A stretch of DNA of 64,000 nucleotides, taken from contig NC_092673.1 in the NCBI RefSeq assembly GCF_964355755.1, forward strand, positions 31,121,648-31,185,647, in the 5' to 3' direction. The notes below the pieces were generated by a model. That model did not search any database, had not been told where the DNA came from, and saw only the letters and a list, made by a program, of their open reading frames with translations. Of the stretch, positions 39,153 through 50,446 are shown piece by piece. Position 1 is the first letter of the stretch. Each line of letters opens with the position of its first letter. Both the position numbers and the translations under genes were made by a program. Origin of the DNA: Antedon mediterranea (Eukaryota > Animalia > Echinodermata).

Positions 39153-41257
39153 TTTGAATTCAGGATGTGATTGTTATGATTAAGATCTTATCACATAACT
39201 TTAAATTGGGTTTAAGATGAAATTGAAATGAATCTTACGATGACGTTGTAATAACAATTTCCTTTTTGGAATATCACACAAGTTTCTTTGAAATCAGATT
39301 TACGGGCATGAGGATAACTTACTAAACTTTATTTTAGTGTAATACAGTATCATGATAATCCTATAATATTATAGTTTACCTTTAGACAAGTGACCAAGCG
39401 ACTTCACAAACTAGAGTACATTCCCTAAGTAAAAGATAAGTTGTTTATTGTAAAGAATCCGCAATCCCAGCTCCCAAGATTTGATTATGATATGGTTTGA
39501 AGGCTCATAATCGAACCTGTAACTAAGCTGGTTGCTCAAAGGTTTTAGCCGCTAGGTATAGGGGGGTTTCCAGGATTAGCTAGCCTTTTAGCTCACCGTT
39601 CAAGCGCATGTCTCACTGTGTTCCATCTGGTGCATAAAATAAACTCAAAATACAAATTAAGATTATTTCTGAAAAATTATCCTCCTTCACTCTATCACGA
39701 ACACCCAACTTGACAAACAACAACACACGTCGTAGTACAAATGACATGCCCTGTGTTTAGTATGGCACATCTTTATATTAACACAAACATAATCAATGTG
39801 ACCAACGGGTTAAAAAATCAATGAAAAACGTATGCTTTAGATGGTAAATCGCTAAATTTGAGGGCATTTCCCATATAAAAAAATGTAATGGTCATTTTTT
39901 CCCCAATAATTGATATGAATAACTTAATATGTTCTGATTTTGAATTTATTCCCCTTAATTTAACATAAACAGTCAAAGAATTATGGCAGACTTTTTAGCA
40001 TTCGATGCCAGATGGGTCCAAATTATGCCAGAAAGCAAGTTATACTAGATTTGGATACATTGAAAACAAACTTCATTACTGGAGTTGATAACAAGGCTAT
40101 ACTGTACAACCGTGCTATTTCTCATGCGACTAAATGGGTAGGGCCTACATTATGTACTTGTCTCCACAATTGTTTTTAACTAGTATTAACCTTTCCCTCA
40201 CCGCAACATCCGAATTTCCGGGAGTATTACTGAAAAAACTATAAGCGGGCCTGAGCACAGTTAAGATTTGTGTCTACATTTCCTTGTGCAACTTTATGGT
40301 TCATTCACTCATTTTGGTCATATACATGACCGCAAACTTGTTTAGGTCTATTTTGCAATATTGGTATGTTTTGGAATCATGTTGCCGTAATATTGTATAC
40401 GTGTTTCCTCTCTTGTCCTACTAAATTTAGTTATTATCTATCAGCAAAGTATTGATTTTCTAACTATACAAGGAAATCCCCTTTTATTCCCAATTTTTTT
40501 TTTAGATTAGGATTGGTGAACATGATGATAAACTGTAAAAAAAAACATTTTGAATCAAGATAATTGAGGCACTTTTTTAAATGACAGCTTATTTATCTCT
40601 CTTTATCTCTATTATCCCTCGTGTATTAAACTTTCTTACATCATAAAAAAAGGACTTACCCGAAAAACACTTGCTTGCTTATTATACTTCTAACATTATA
40701 CTAATGGTAAATTGTGTCGAGTTAAAAGGACATCAATTTTCCAGGCTTTAAAAATTTGTCAGACTTGTCAATTAGTCTTAAATTCAACGTAATTATTTAA
40801 TACAGGTATTTCTAATAGTTAGTTACAGGTCACGTACGGGTAATAATGGTAACCTCGCAACATTTCAACATTTTCCTCGGAGAAGAAACGGGTGGAGGGC
40901 GGCCGGTACAACGTATTGAATGGGATGGACCCCTCCCTGTAACCGTATTAATCAGCCACATAGCTTAATCCAAATCACTTTTTACTAACGTGTAGATTCG
41001 TTTTATATTTGGTCAAGGAAAGTGTTGGGGAAAGGATAACACAGTAAGAAGTACCTTTTCTGGTTTCCCATTTACTTTTTTAACGGTGATTTTTTTTTGC
41101 AGCCCAGAAGGTTTTGTTTAGCAATTTGAGTACAATGATTTTATGTGTGGATTATGTATATGGACAGAAATGGTGACTGTTCACTTTTTGGAGGGGAACC
41201 ATTAACATTATCCCCAAATTTTTATTTAACCAGAAACCTATGTAACATACCGGTAAA

Positions 41258-41927
41258 GCGTAAGAAAATTCCCTTCCGATAATTGTGTTTGCCCCGCCTG
41301 CGTGAAATCAAATCTGCGATATTTACAGCATTGTTGCGTCGTCCGTTCCCACTTGTGATTACGCAATACAGCACTGTGCGTCAAAACGTCGTTGCGTTAC
41401 GTTGCTACTAGGAACCACGCTTAAGGGCCTTTCACACCTGCTCCGGCACGGTTCCGGTCCGGCGACGGCAAATCCAATCGAACGTCAATGTTTCGTTTTT
41501 ACGCGGCTACGCGCATATCGATTGGTGCTTGGCCGCGTGGAGCGTCGTGAAAACGAAACATTGGCGTTCGATTCGCCGGACCGGAACCGTGCCGGAACAG
41601 GTGTGAAAGGCCCTTTGGGTCTTTCACACCTGTTCCGGCACGGTTCCGGTCAGGCGCCGGAAAATCCAATCGAACGTGAATGTTTCGTTTTCACGCGGTT
41701 ACGCGCATATCGATTGACGCATAGCCGCGTGGAGCGTCGTGAAAACGAAACATTGATGTTCGATTCGCCGGACCGGAACCGTGCCGGAATTATTATTATT
41801 ATTATTATTCACTTTTATTTCAAATATCAAAAAATTGACCAAAATTACAACTCGTGGCAAGGGCCAAATTGCGTGTAAAAAACATGTCATATCAAAAATA
41901 TATCACCAACAGGTGTGAAAGACCCTT
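41258..41927. mobile_element. MITE B followed by two tandem family-C MITEs; the second interrupted by a LINE 3' end
   Basis: C TIRs at 41423-41615 and 41617-41927; (TTA)n plus tttatt insert at 41790-41909 splits the right TIR gccggaa|caggtgtgaaagaccct. Confidence 0.8.
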
Positions 41928-42964
41928 AAGGGGGCTGGTAGACATGTTACCTTTATCGAACCATCCGATTGAGCTGAAACCCCGAAATGGGGAGAGGGAT
42001 TTTGATCCTGACATGTTTATAGGTCTTCTCTTTGTTTTGTCAACAAATCTTCCAGCGATAAGTAAGAGACGACCCTCATTTTTAATGAGAAGTCGAAGCA
42101 GTTGATGTCATTCAAGAGATTGTTCAGATGTTAATGGATTGTCATCAAAGAAGTGTAATCAAGTATAGAACGTTTAATACGTTCGAGTAGATTTCATAGC
42201 GAAGGACACTTTAGTTTTAATTGCTTTACAAACACAAACCGTTACAGTACATCGTATAAACGGATACCGCCAAATTACGTTTCATAAAAAGTAGCCTATC
42301 TATGTTTTCGTAGCCTGTTCGACTGTGAAATTCAAAGCATACGGGTGTTTAGTGAATTAATCATGTTCTAGTAGGCTGGTTGTAATGGAGTATAATCAAT
42401 CCGAGTCGCGATGGTTTTAATTTTAATTTAGAGATAGGCTGATTTATCATCAGTGATTGTTTAATAGTGATGGACGGTTATTTGTTTTGTTAGGCCAAGT
42501 TCTATTTTCTATAATTATAATATCCTCTTTGTGCCGAAAAAAATGATCAAAATATGGTAGTGATATGACGTCATCTTGTCCATATATGGGCACATCACAT
42601 ATTTTTTTGTCGTATCACATGTTTTTGGCACATAAAGTTTGGTAGTGCAGAGAGAGCTTAACAGTATTTTACTCGCTCTATGAGTGAGACTCGCTAGTTT
42701 TAATCGCACTTTTTACATTACAACAAGGGAACAAATATATTGCAATTATACACATTGTGTGACTATAAATTACATTCTTTGTTAATATTTTATTTTATAT
42801 TGTATAGAGGTTTGTTACATAACAAACTTCATTTAGCCAGTGATACTAGAGAAGACATCTATACATATAATAAATGGATACCACTCAGGTAGCTGAATGT
42901 CAAGCTAGACTAACTCAAATATAGAAGTGGTATAATCACAAAATGACTAAGTTTCACGCTAAAT

Positions 42965-43124
42965 GTGGCCGTATTCACCATTCACACGTAGACTAAGGGA
43001 AACACTTAAAATTAGAAAAATCTAAGTGAATACAATTTATGGGAAATATATTTATTGGGTTAAGTGAGATACTTAATACTTAAGGGAAATGTCTAACTTA
43101 AGTGTGATTGGTGAATACGGCCAC
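42965..43124. mobile_element. MITE with TIR GTGGCCGTATTCACCA
   Basis: Inverted termini seen directly. Confidence 0.7.
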
Positions 43125-43472
43125 TGGCATGTTGACATACAATTTGTTTTGCTTTGTTTATGGAATACAAAACATCAATAGTTTTTTTACAAGGGCCTTT
43201 GTGTTCCCATCGATTGAGACTTCTGATATTAACAGATTAAAAACAATGACCTGGGGACCATACACTGGAAGAAAATGTTTTCAAATTTTTCCCCTGTTGT
43301 AAGGTACTGTATTTCTAGTATGTTAATATGTGCACCTCCCCTACACCAAAAAGCCAGTCAACACACTTGTTTTAACCTGTTGACCATATCAATTCATAGC
43401 ATCCTGCATTATGTTTTAAACTTACACTATACCCTCAGAATGCTTCAACTATGCACAATTTGTTCAGTATTA

Positions 43473-43719
43473 AGGCCCATTTACACAAGGACAATAAATA
43501 AACATAAATAGACAAATCTGCATTTTTCATACATAAAAAAGAGATATACAAACTTTTCATTCTAGAACTATCGAATAATCATTGTGACGTCATTTGATTG
43601 GAATTTTAAAAATATTATTTTTAACAAACATCTTATAGTTCTAGAATGAAAACCTTTCTAATTTCAATTGTTTTATATATTTATCGTCTAACGTTATCGT
43701 CCTAGTATAAATGGGCCTT
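43473..43719. mobile_element. Harbinger-type MITE (TIR GGCCCATTTA.AC.AGGAC.ATAA)
   Basis: Inverted termini with ttaa flanks; internal inverted ttttcattctagaactat. Confidence 0.7.
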
Positions 43720-44017
43720 AATGGTATTATTTAGCCTGTTTAATACTCTTAAGCTCCGTCTCTACTCCATCAAACTAGTTTGACAAAAAAAGTGTGATGT
43801 GCCCAAATATGGTAGTGATATGACATCATCATGTCCATATATGGGCACATCATATTTTTTCACATAAAGTTTGATAGTGTAAACAAAGCTTTAGTTTATT
43901 TCTGGTTAAGTAGCATGTTTTCCTCATAACCAAAACAATGTCACTAACAAAGCCTCACATTTCGCATTTATAACATGTACACTCTTCCCTGAAGAAAATA
44001 AGTACCCTTGCCCAAAG

Positions 44018-44379
44018 TTCAGTATGTATGAAGTACAGTACTGCCCAGCAGTATTCTGACACCCCTGTTAAGGGAACACCGGAATGGGTCCCCGAAAGTG
44101 TCCCCTGAATGGAGGTTCTACTGAGTTATCACAAGAGGTTTCAAACTTCAGTATGTATGAAGTATGTCTCTTAAGAAATACTGTACTGCTCATCACTATT
44201 CGAACACCCCTATTAAGGGAACACCTGAATGGGTCCCCGAAAGTGTCCCCTGAATGGAGGTTCTACTGAGTTATCACAAGAGGTTTCATACTTCAGTATG
44301 TATGAAGTATGTCTCTTAAGAAATACTGTACTGCCCAGCACTATTCAGACACCCCTATCACAATAGGTTCCAAACTTCA
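44018..44379. repeat. ~145-bp tandem repeat (about 2.5 units) at the start of the EXOSC2 3' UTR
   Basis: ttcagtatgtatgaagta...acacccct.ttaagggaacacc...ttatcacaagaggtttca.ac is repeated. Confidence 0.85.
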
Positions 44380-44457
44380 TGTCTGTTCTTGTTCAATGCG
44401 AACACGTGTTTTCTCCACAGCCTCGTCCATAACTTCACTTGAAAGTAATTCTTTTAT
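44377..44457 (-). CDS. EXOSC2: EXOSC2 exon 8 (IKELLSSEVMDEAVEKTRVRIEQEQT*)
   Basis: aaccag| acceptor; TGA stop at 44379-44377; resembles the Rrp4 C-terminus. Confidence 0.9.
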   Translation of the reverse strand: MKELLSSEVMDEAVEKTRVRIEQEQT

Positions 44458-47400
44458 CTGGTTAAATAAATTAAATAAAAACATATTAACATTTTTATTA
44501 CAATTTTGTAAACAGGCTCTTTTATTCTTTTGAGAAAAAAAACTCTTAGTAAAATTGATTTTATTCTTTTAAGAATAAGATGTAACATTTCTCCAAATTT
44601 TAGTTCCTGTCGAAATGACAACAACGGATTAGATTTGATCTCAGTTTTAAATGTTTGATCATTTAATATAGGGAGCAATCTGTATGATTTACTGTTAAAT
44701 TATCATAAATCAGTCATTTCTACCTTATATTAGATATGACTGACCAGTGGAAATATCAATTGAGAATATATGAATCCATGATGTAATGGTTATTGTAAAA
44801 TAAATTGTAATATTTTATGTATAATTATGATTGTTGGTTATTAAATTCAACTTTACCCAATAAAAAACATTTTATTTGCAAATTATTTTCCAATATACAG
44901 TAGTAGAACCCCTATTAAGGGGACAGCTTCAGAGGACCAAACAAAGTATATGCTTAAAGCCTTGTCTACACTATCAAACCTTATGCAACAAACAAATGTG
45001 ATGTGCCCATATATGGACATGATGATGTCATATCACTACCATATTTGGGCACACCACACCTTTTTTTGTCGAACTAGTTTGATAGTGTAGACAGAGCTTA
45101 ATAGGGATTGGTCTTGGTGTTAAAATATATTTCACCTAATTTGTTTTACAGGAAACTGTTCCCTTCATAGGTTTCAATAAGATAAACTGTTGTTTATTTT
45201 GTATATTTTTTTTATTTACCTCATATTTTAATGATTCTTCATAGGCATAAAGGATACTTGTGTCGTAGAGCATCATTCGATGACATGCCAGTGCTCTAAT
45301 GCAATTATTTAGACGGACAATGACCTCTCTGTCAGCAATCGGGACAGGCTGAAAAAAGTGGGTAGGTATATCTAAATATGACATTGGGATGATTTTTATA
45401 TAACAAAGAACCATTGATCAAAATCCAACAATGAGGTTTATTAATCATTATTAAAGTCAGTGGCGGAGTTGCTAGTGTGTCGCTCATCACAAATCTCTCT
45501 CTGTCCATTCTTCCCTCTAATCTTTACCTGCTACATATTTTTTTTCACAAAAGGAGCATGCGCTAGGCTATTTAGGCCTATTAGCTGGGCTAGTAGGCCT
45601 ATTTTGCATCCGCTAGTCTCCATGTTAAGGGCAAAAGAAAGAAAAAAAAAGGTTTGTTCAGCCTAGTACTTTCAATAAGATTATTAAAGATCTTGGCCTA
45701 ATAATATTTGAGTTGGTATGTCAAACCTCTAAATTTTGAATGAAGCCTCCGGCCAATTCGGTGTCTTCCTCATTCCTATTCTGGCTGATCCAGATGTATC
45801 CATTATTACCTAGGATTACTGTAGCGCCACATGGAAGATTATGGAAATGTGTTTTACGACGCAAGACGAGTGACGGAGATACCTTTAATAGAATCCCTTG
45901 TCCCAGCTACAGAAACAAAAAAGTGAATTTAAATTTAGGAACATGTAAATTGTTCTGTGAAAGGAGAATAAGAAAGTAGATATGCTAAAAGACCAGAGTC
46001 TTTAGGGTGTATTTAATGTAAGAACATTTTGCAGAACAAGTGTGTCCATCAACTGTATGACATTTTTTTTAAAGGGGAGTTAATCTTAATTCACACAACA
46101 CTCGTTAAGCCCTTATTGATCTGACAATCCACTGATAAAACCCATATAATTGTACAATGAAATTCAATACACAAAACCACAAGATGTTTTGCCAAGCATC
46201 AAGCGCTCATAAGAAACTAAAATACCAATTATCTCATTTATGATTGCTTTTCTGTCATATATTGTAAACTTCAATTATATATATAATTACTCCATTACCT
46301 TGCCATACTTTAAGCTCCTTGTATGGAGTGACACGATGCCTGTTTGGTGAATGGTCTGTACTTCAGCCTGAAGCAAATTTAATTTCAAAGTATTAAGAAA
46401 TAGATTAAAAATGTCTACAATATCAAACTTTATGTGACAAAAAATGTGATGCACCTATATATGGACATGATGATGTCATATCACTACCTTATTTGGCAAC
46501 ATAACACCTTTTTTTATTAAACTAGTTTGATAGTGCACAGTAGACAGAGCTTTACAGTACATTATAGGAAAAATGACAGTTTGTATTCAACGTGTATACT
46601 ACAGTAATATCCAATAATCTATTGTTTTATTATTAATATGCAAATATTAACCTCTATGTACTATAAATATTAAATATGTAGATACAAATAAATCCAAAGG
46701 CAAATTACTCAACGAAATGACATGATGTGGGTATCAGTTGCTGGATCTCAATGGAGATGCAAATAAAATAAGCAGAAAGCTAAATCAAAACAATAAATAA
46801 TAAAACCATAAAAAATAGTGCCAAGCTATCGGAAAACACTATTCCTTTGTTAGGAATAATCTTATATTTTTTTTTTTTTTACACTTTATCTACAAATTTG
46901 AATTTATTGTATCATGTGGGTTGTATACTTCAACTTCAATTAATGCAAAAAATATTGATAAAGTTTACTTTTAGGATTCTTTTACGTATCTTCCTGGCAG
47001 CTGATTCTCAGTACTGTATCTAGATTCGCCCAGTATCATAGGAATAATTGGTACTACAACATCACATGTGTATCACATGTATTCCTACTATCATCTAACA
47101 ATTAACCTATTCTACTAGAGCTTGCAACAAACTTCATCTTCCTCAGCCCAAACTTACGTTGCTCCAACACAATGTCCGCTATAGCGGTGTTAAATTATAT
47201 AATGACCTTCCTCCTGAAATCATTGCAACCGCCTCCAGGAAAATTTTCTCTCATAAAGCCAAACTATTTCTTTTGTCAAAATATGATTTATAAAATGTTG
47301 TTTATACCATCCTCAGCTTTTATATCACATGATCGTTTGTTCTATTTTTCTCTTGCCCTGTCCTGTCTTTATGTTTGTGTATGTTAATTGATTTGTAATT

Positions 47401-49326
47401 TTATTTATCATTAAGGGCTTGCTCGTCACAAGGTTTTCTGTTTTTCATCTGGCGTTACTTTTAGAGTTTTGCCCTCTTTCTTCATTTTACAATTTATATT
47501 GGATATTTGTTGTTATTTTACTGCGAAAGAAAATAAATGTCAATTTGATTGATTGATTGACCTAACCTTACATGATACAGGCACCACATGTTTTCCTATG
47601 ATACTGGACAAATATTGTAGTATTAGGAGATACAGCACAGATTCCTGTTTGTGTTTTGTTTCTTGTCTATGTGTTGTATTTTATGTATCTTTTTGAGGTA
47701 AATGAAATTAAGCTCAATAGAGGGAGACATTTACAATCAACCTTACACTAATAAGATCGCCCTCCGTCAGGTAATCTCGCATTGATAGTTCATCTTCAGC
47801 TGACCTCCTTCGTAATTCCCCACCAGGTAAATTAACTGAGGACAGCATTAACATCGAATCTAAACGAGAGTTCGTATCCACTTTCCATCGTTTTTGGCCA
47901 ACCTAAAAAAAAAATGTGTATTCAAGCTAATTAATTGTTAAAAATAACATTTTCTAAAGCTCTGTCTACACTTTCAGTGTGATGTGCCCAAATATGTTAG
48001 TAATATGACATCATCACGTGCCTAAGCTAAAAGGTCAAATTTGATTTAGCAAAATTGGCGAAAGTTTTCAATAAATACATCAAATAAATGTATAGGTTGT
48101 CTCATGTTATTCATTCAAAATTTGTGATTAAAATACAAATAAATAAAAACATGATCACATGCAAAAATGTGATCGCTTAGGATGGCGACGGTGGAGATCT
48201 TGTTATGGTTTACAGAAAACTTTTTTTCGCCAGTTTTGCGAATGATATCAATTTTTTTTTTGCCAATTGACAACTCCAATCGCCACTAACACTATGGCTA
48301 ATCCCTTCAGGGGACACCTTTATTAAAGGGACACGAGGTTTTACAAAGGTTACTGTATCATATTTGATGCTGTAACTGAAAAGAACAATTTTTGTATAGA
48401 CATTTAAAAGCACATTTTATTACCGCACCTCAGTGATTCTACCTACAATGACGTCACCAACTTCAGCATTATATCTAAAGCAATCAAATTAAAAAAGAAA
48501 ACGTTTTTATTCAAGTCAATATTAAACACAAAATCATTGAGACCAGCCATGGAAAAAATCATTTTCAATCATTACGTATGCGTTTGTCTACAATATATAT
48601 TGCATAAATTGTGAAAATATGTTGGTTACATTAGCCTGGTGGTGCAATAGTATATACTGTGTAGTACTGTACCATTAACCATACCTGGTTTTCAAAGGAC
48701 GCACGCACACCAGTTTGTTGACCTTTTCTACCATCCCAGCCACTGATGCGTATAGTTTGTCCTCAGCCATGTAAGTACCATGTCCTCTGTATTAATCAAA
48801 CAAAATAAATAAATGTGTTAATTATATATTTAAATAATTACAGACAGCCTACAAGGACCATTACTACTACTACCTAGGAAAGTAATAATTAAACTAGGCA
48901 ACCATATATAAATGCTTTTATTTTATTTTTAATAATTTTTTTTATATTATCACATTTTATATCATAAATAAAGAGGGAGAGAGAGAGCTGGGGTTTATTC
49001 AATTGTACCTGAACAGGCAGTGAAATGTAGAAAAGATCAAAAGATACTAGGGCCTAGGCTAGGCCAGACACAGTCTAGGCCTAGCCCAGCAGGTCTCAAA
49101 GACGATCTATCCCGAGCACATAATCACTATCAAAACACAGACGACCGCAATACTGTCATGTGGGCCTAGCACCATTTTTGTATTGAAGCCTTAAATATTA
49201 AATACTGTACCTCATTATACCACTCTCTGTTGTTATAACGTCGCCTGGGGTAACAAGATTTTCTGGTTCAACTACATTTTGAGCTTTCTTTTTCCGTTTT
49301 ACAACACGTATTTCAACAGAAGTCAT
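44377..49326 (-). CDS. EXOSC2: Exosome complex component RRP4 (EXOSC2), 8 coding exons, 292 aa
   Basis: Manually spliced join(49326-49211,48786-48685,48474-48429,47902-47747,46367-46299,45906-45727,45348-45220,44457-44377) = 879 nt, in frame, all introns GT..AG. Translation has Rrp4 hallmarks: LVTPGDVITT..MRGHGTY, LYASVAGMVEKVNKLVCVRPLKTRY.AEVGDVIVGRITEV.QKRWKVDTNSRLDS.L.LSSVNLPGGELRRRSAEDEL.MR, SLHTRSLKYGKLGQG, KTHFHNLPCGA.VILGNNGYIWI, DREVI.RL.NCI..L. Confidence 0.97.
45220..45348 (-). CDS. EXOSC2: EXOSC2 exon 7 (PVPIADREVIVRLNNCIRALACHRMMLYDTSILYAYEESLKYE)
   Basis: Lies within ORF 45136..45414; ttcag| acceptor, GAG|GTAAAT donor; 129 nt. Confidence 0.96.
45727..45906 (-). CDS. EXOSC2: EXOSC2 exon 6 (LGQGILLKVSPSLVLRRKTHFHNLPCGATVILGNNGYIWI...GGFIQNLE)
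   Basis: ctgtag| acceptor, GAG|GTTTGA donor; 180 nt; KH-domain GxNG motif. Confidence 0.96.
46299..46367 (-). CDS. EXOSC2: EXOSC2 exon 5 (AEVQTIHQTGIVSLHTRSLKYGK)
   Basis: ttcag| acceptor, AAG|GTAATG donor; 69 nt. Confidence 0.96.
47104..47560 (+). mobile_element. CR1/L2-type LINE 3' end in EXOSC2 intron 4 (antisense to the gene)
   Basis: TYSTRACNKLHLPQPKLTLLQHNVRYSGVKLYNDLPPEI...FSHKAKLFLL* resembles the ORF2 C-terminus; AATAAA followed by an (ATTG)n tail. Confidence 0.7.
47747..47902 (-). CDS. EXOSC2: EXOSC2 exon 4 (VGQKRWKVDTNSRLDSMLMLSSVNLPGGELRRRSAEDELSMRDYLTEGDLIS)
   Basis: ttttag| acceptor, AGT|GTAAGG donor; 156 nt. Confidence 0.97.
48429..48474 (-). CDS. EXOSC2: EXOSC2 exon 3 (YNAEVGDVIVGRITE)
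   Basis: ctttag| acceptor, GAG|GTGCGG donor; 46 nt; start of the S1 domain. Confidence 0.95.
48685..48786 (-). CDS. EXOSC2: EXOSC2 exon 2 (GHGTYMAEDKLYASVAGMVEKVNKLVCVRPLKT)
   Basis: acag| acceptor, CAG|GTATG donor; 102 nt. Confidence 0.96.
49211..49326 (-). CDS. EXOSC2: EXOSC2 exon 1 (MTSVEIRVVKRKKKAQNVVEPENLVTPGDVITTESGIM/R)
   Basis: ATG at 49326; donor AG|GTACAG; 116 nt. Confidence 0.92.
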
Positions 49327-49540
49327 ACTATTTTTTTTGTAGTACTCGCAAAGTTTGTTTATCAACTTCTTTCCTTTGATTTATAGGGAGGTAGGGCGCA
49401 TGGTCACTAATCAGGTATATAAACTATACCAAACTGGCGAGTAAATCATGTTTTACTTTTTAAACCTCGCAACGTCTGGTTGAAAAGGCTACTCGGACCA
49501 ATAATTTCTATTAGCCTAGGGGTTATTGCGATTTGGACGT

Positions 49541-49594
49541 TTCTGATTGGCTGTAGCCATGGACTATATTGATTAACACTGTTCTGATTGGTTG
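49541..49594 (-). promoter_or_regulatory. Tandem CCAAT (NF-Y) boxes of the EXOSC2 promoter
   Basis: AGCCAATCAGAA and AACCAATCAGAA on the minus strand, ~41 bp apart, 220-265 bp upstream of the ATG; no TATA box seen. Confidence 0.6.
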
Positions 49595-49635
49595 TAGCTT
49601 TGAATACATCTTCTCGGAACTCGTCCTTAATACAA

Positions 49636-50446
49636 TAGCAATTTAGCACAGTGTTTTACTATATAACCAGATAAATAATAGGAAACATTTAATAATTTGA
49701 TAAATGACATTTAAATAGCAATTTAGGTAAATGTCTTTTGAAATGAAATTAAATAAATTATAACCAATTTGGTTAGAGTAAAACACAATGATAAAGAATA
49801 GGAAACATTTAATAATATGATAAATTACATTTACATAGCAATTTAGCACTGTGTTTTACTATAACCAATTTGGTTAGAGTAAAACACAATGATAAAGAAT
49901 AAGAAACATTTAATAACATGATAAATGACATTTAGCAATTTAGCACTGTGTTTTACTATAACCAATTTGGTTAGAGTAAAGCACAATGATAAAGAATAGG
50001 AAACATTTAATAACATGATAAATGACATTCACATAGCAATTTAGCACTGTGTTTTACTATAACCAATCAGATTAGAGTAAAACACAATGATAAAGAATAG
50101 GAAACATTTAATAATATGATATATAACATTTACATAGCAATTTAGCACTGTGTTTTACTATAACCAATTTGATTAGAGTAAAACACAACGATAAAGAATA
50201 GGAAACATTTAATAACATGATAAATTACATTTACATAGCAATTTATCACTGTATTTTACTATAACCAATTTGGTTAGAGTAAAACACAATGATAAAGAAT
50301 AGGAAACATTTAATAATATGATAAATTACATTTACATAGCAATTTATCACTGTGTTTTACTATAACCAATTTGGTTAGAGTAAAACACAATGATAAAGAA
50401 TAAGAAACATTTAATAACATGATAAATGACATTTACATAGCAATTT
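49636..50446. repeat. 101-bp tandem satellite (~8 units; continues at 57666-57883)
   Basis: Unit gcaatttagcactgtgttttactataaccaatttggttagagtaaaacacaatgataaagaataggaaacatttaataa.atgataaat.acatttacata recurs at 49838, 49935, 50036, 50137... Confidence 0.95.

Noticed and set aside
41402-42105. 158-aa and neighbouring ORFs with internal repeats
   Set aside because: Read-through of tandem palindromic MITEs; no protein signature.
49636-50446. CRISPR-like regular array
   Set aside because: Whole units repeat with no unique spacers; eukaryotic context; it is a satellite. The same applies to 26323-26845 and 17765-17945.
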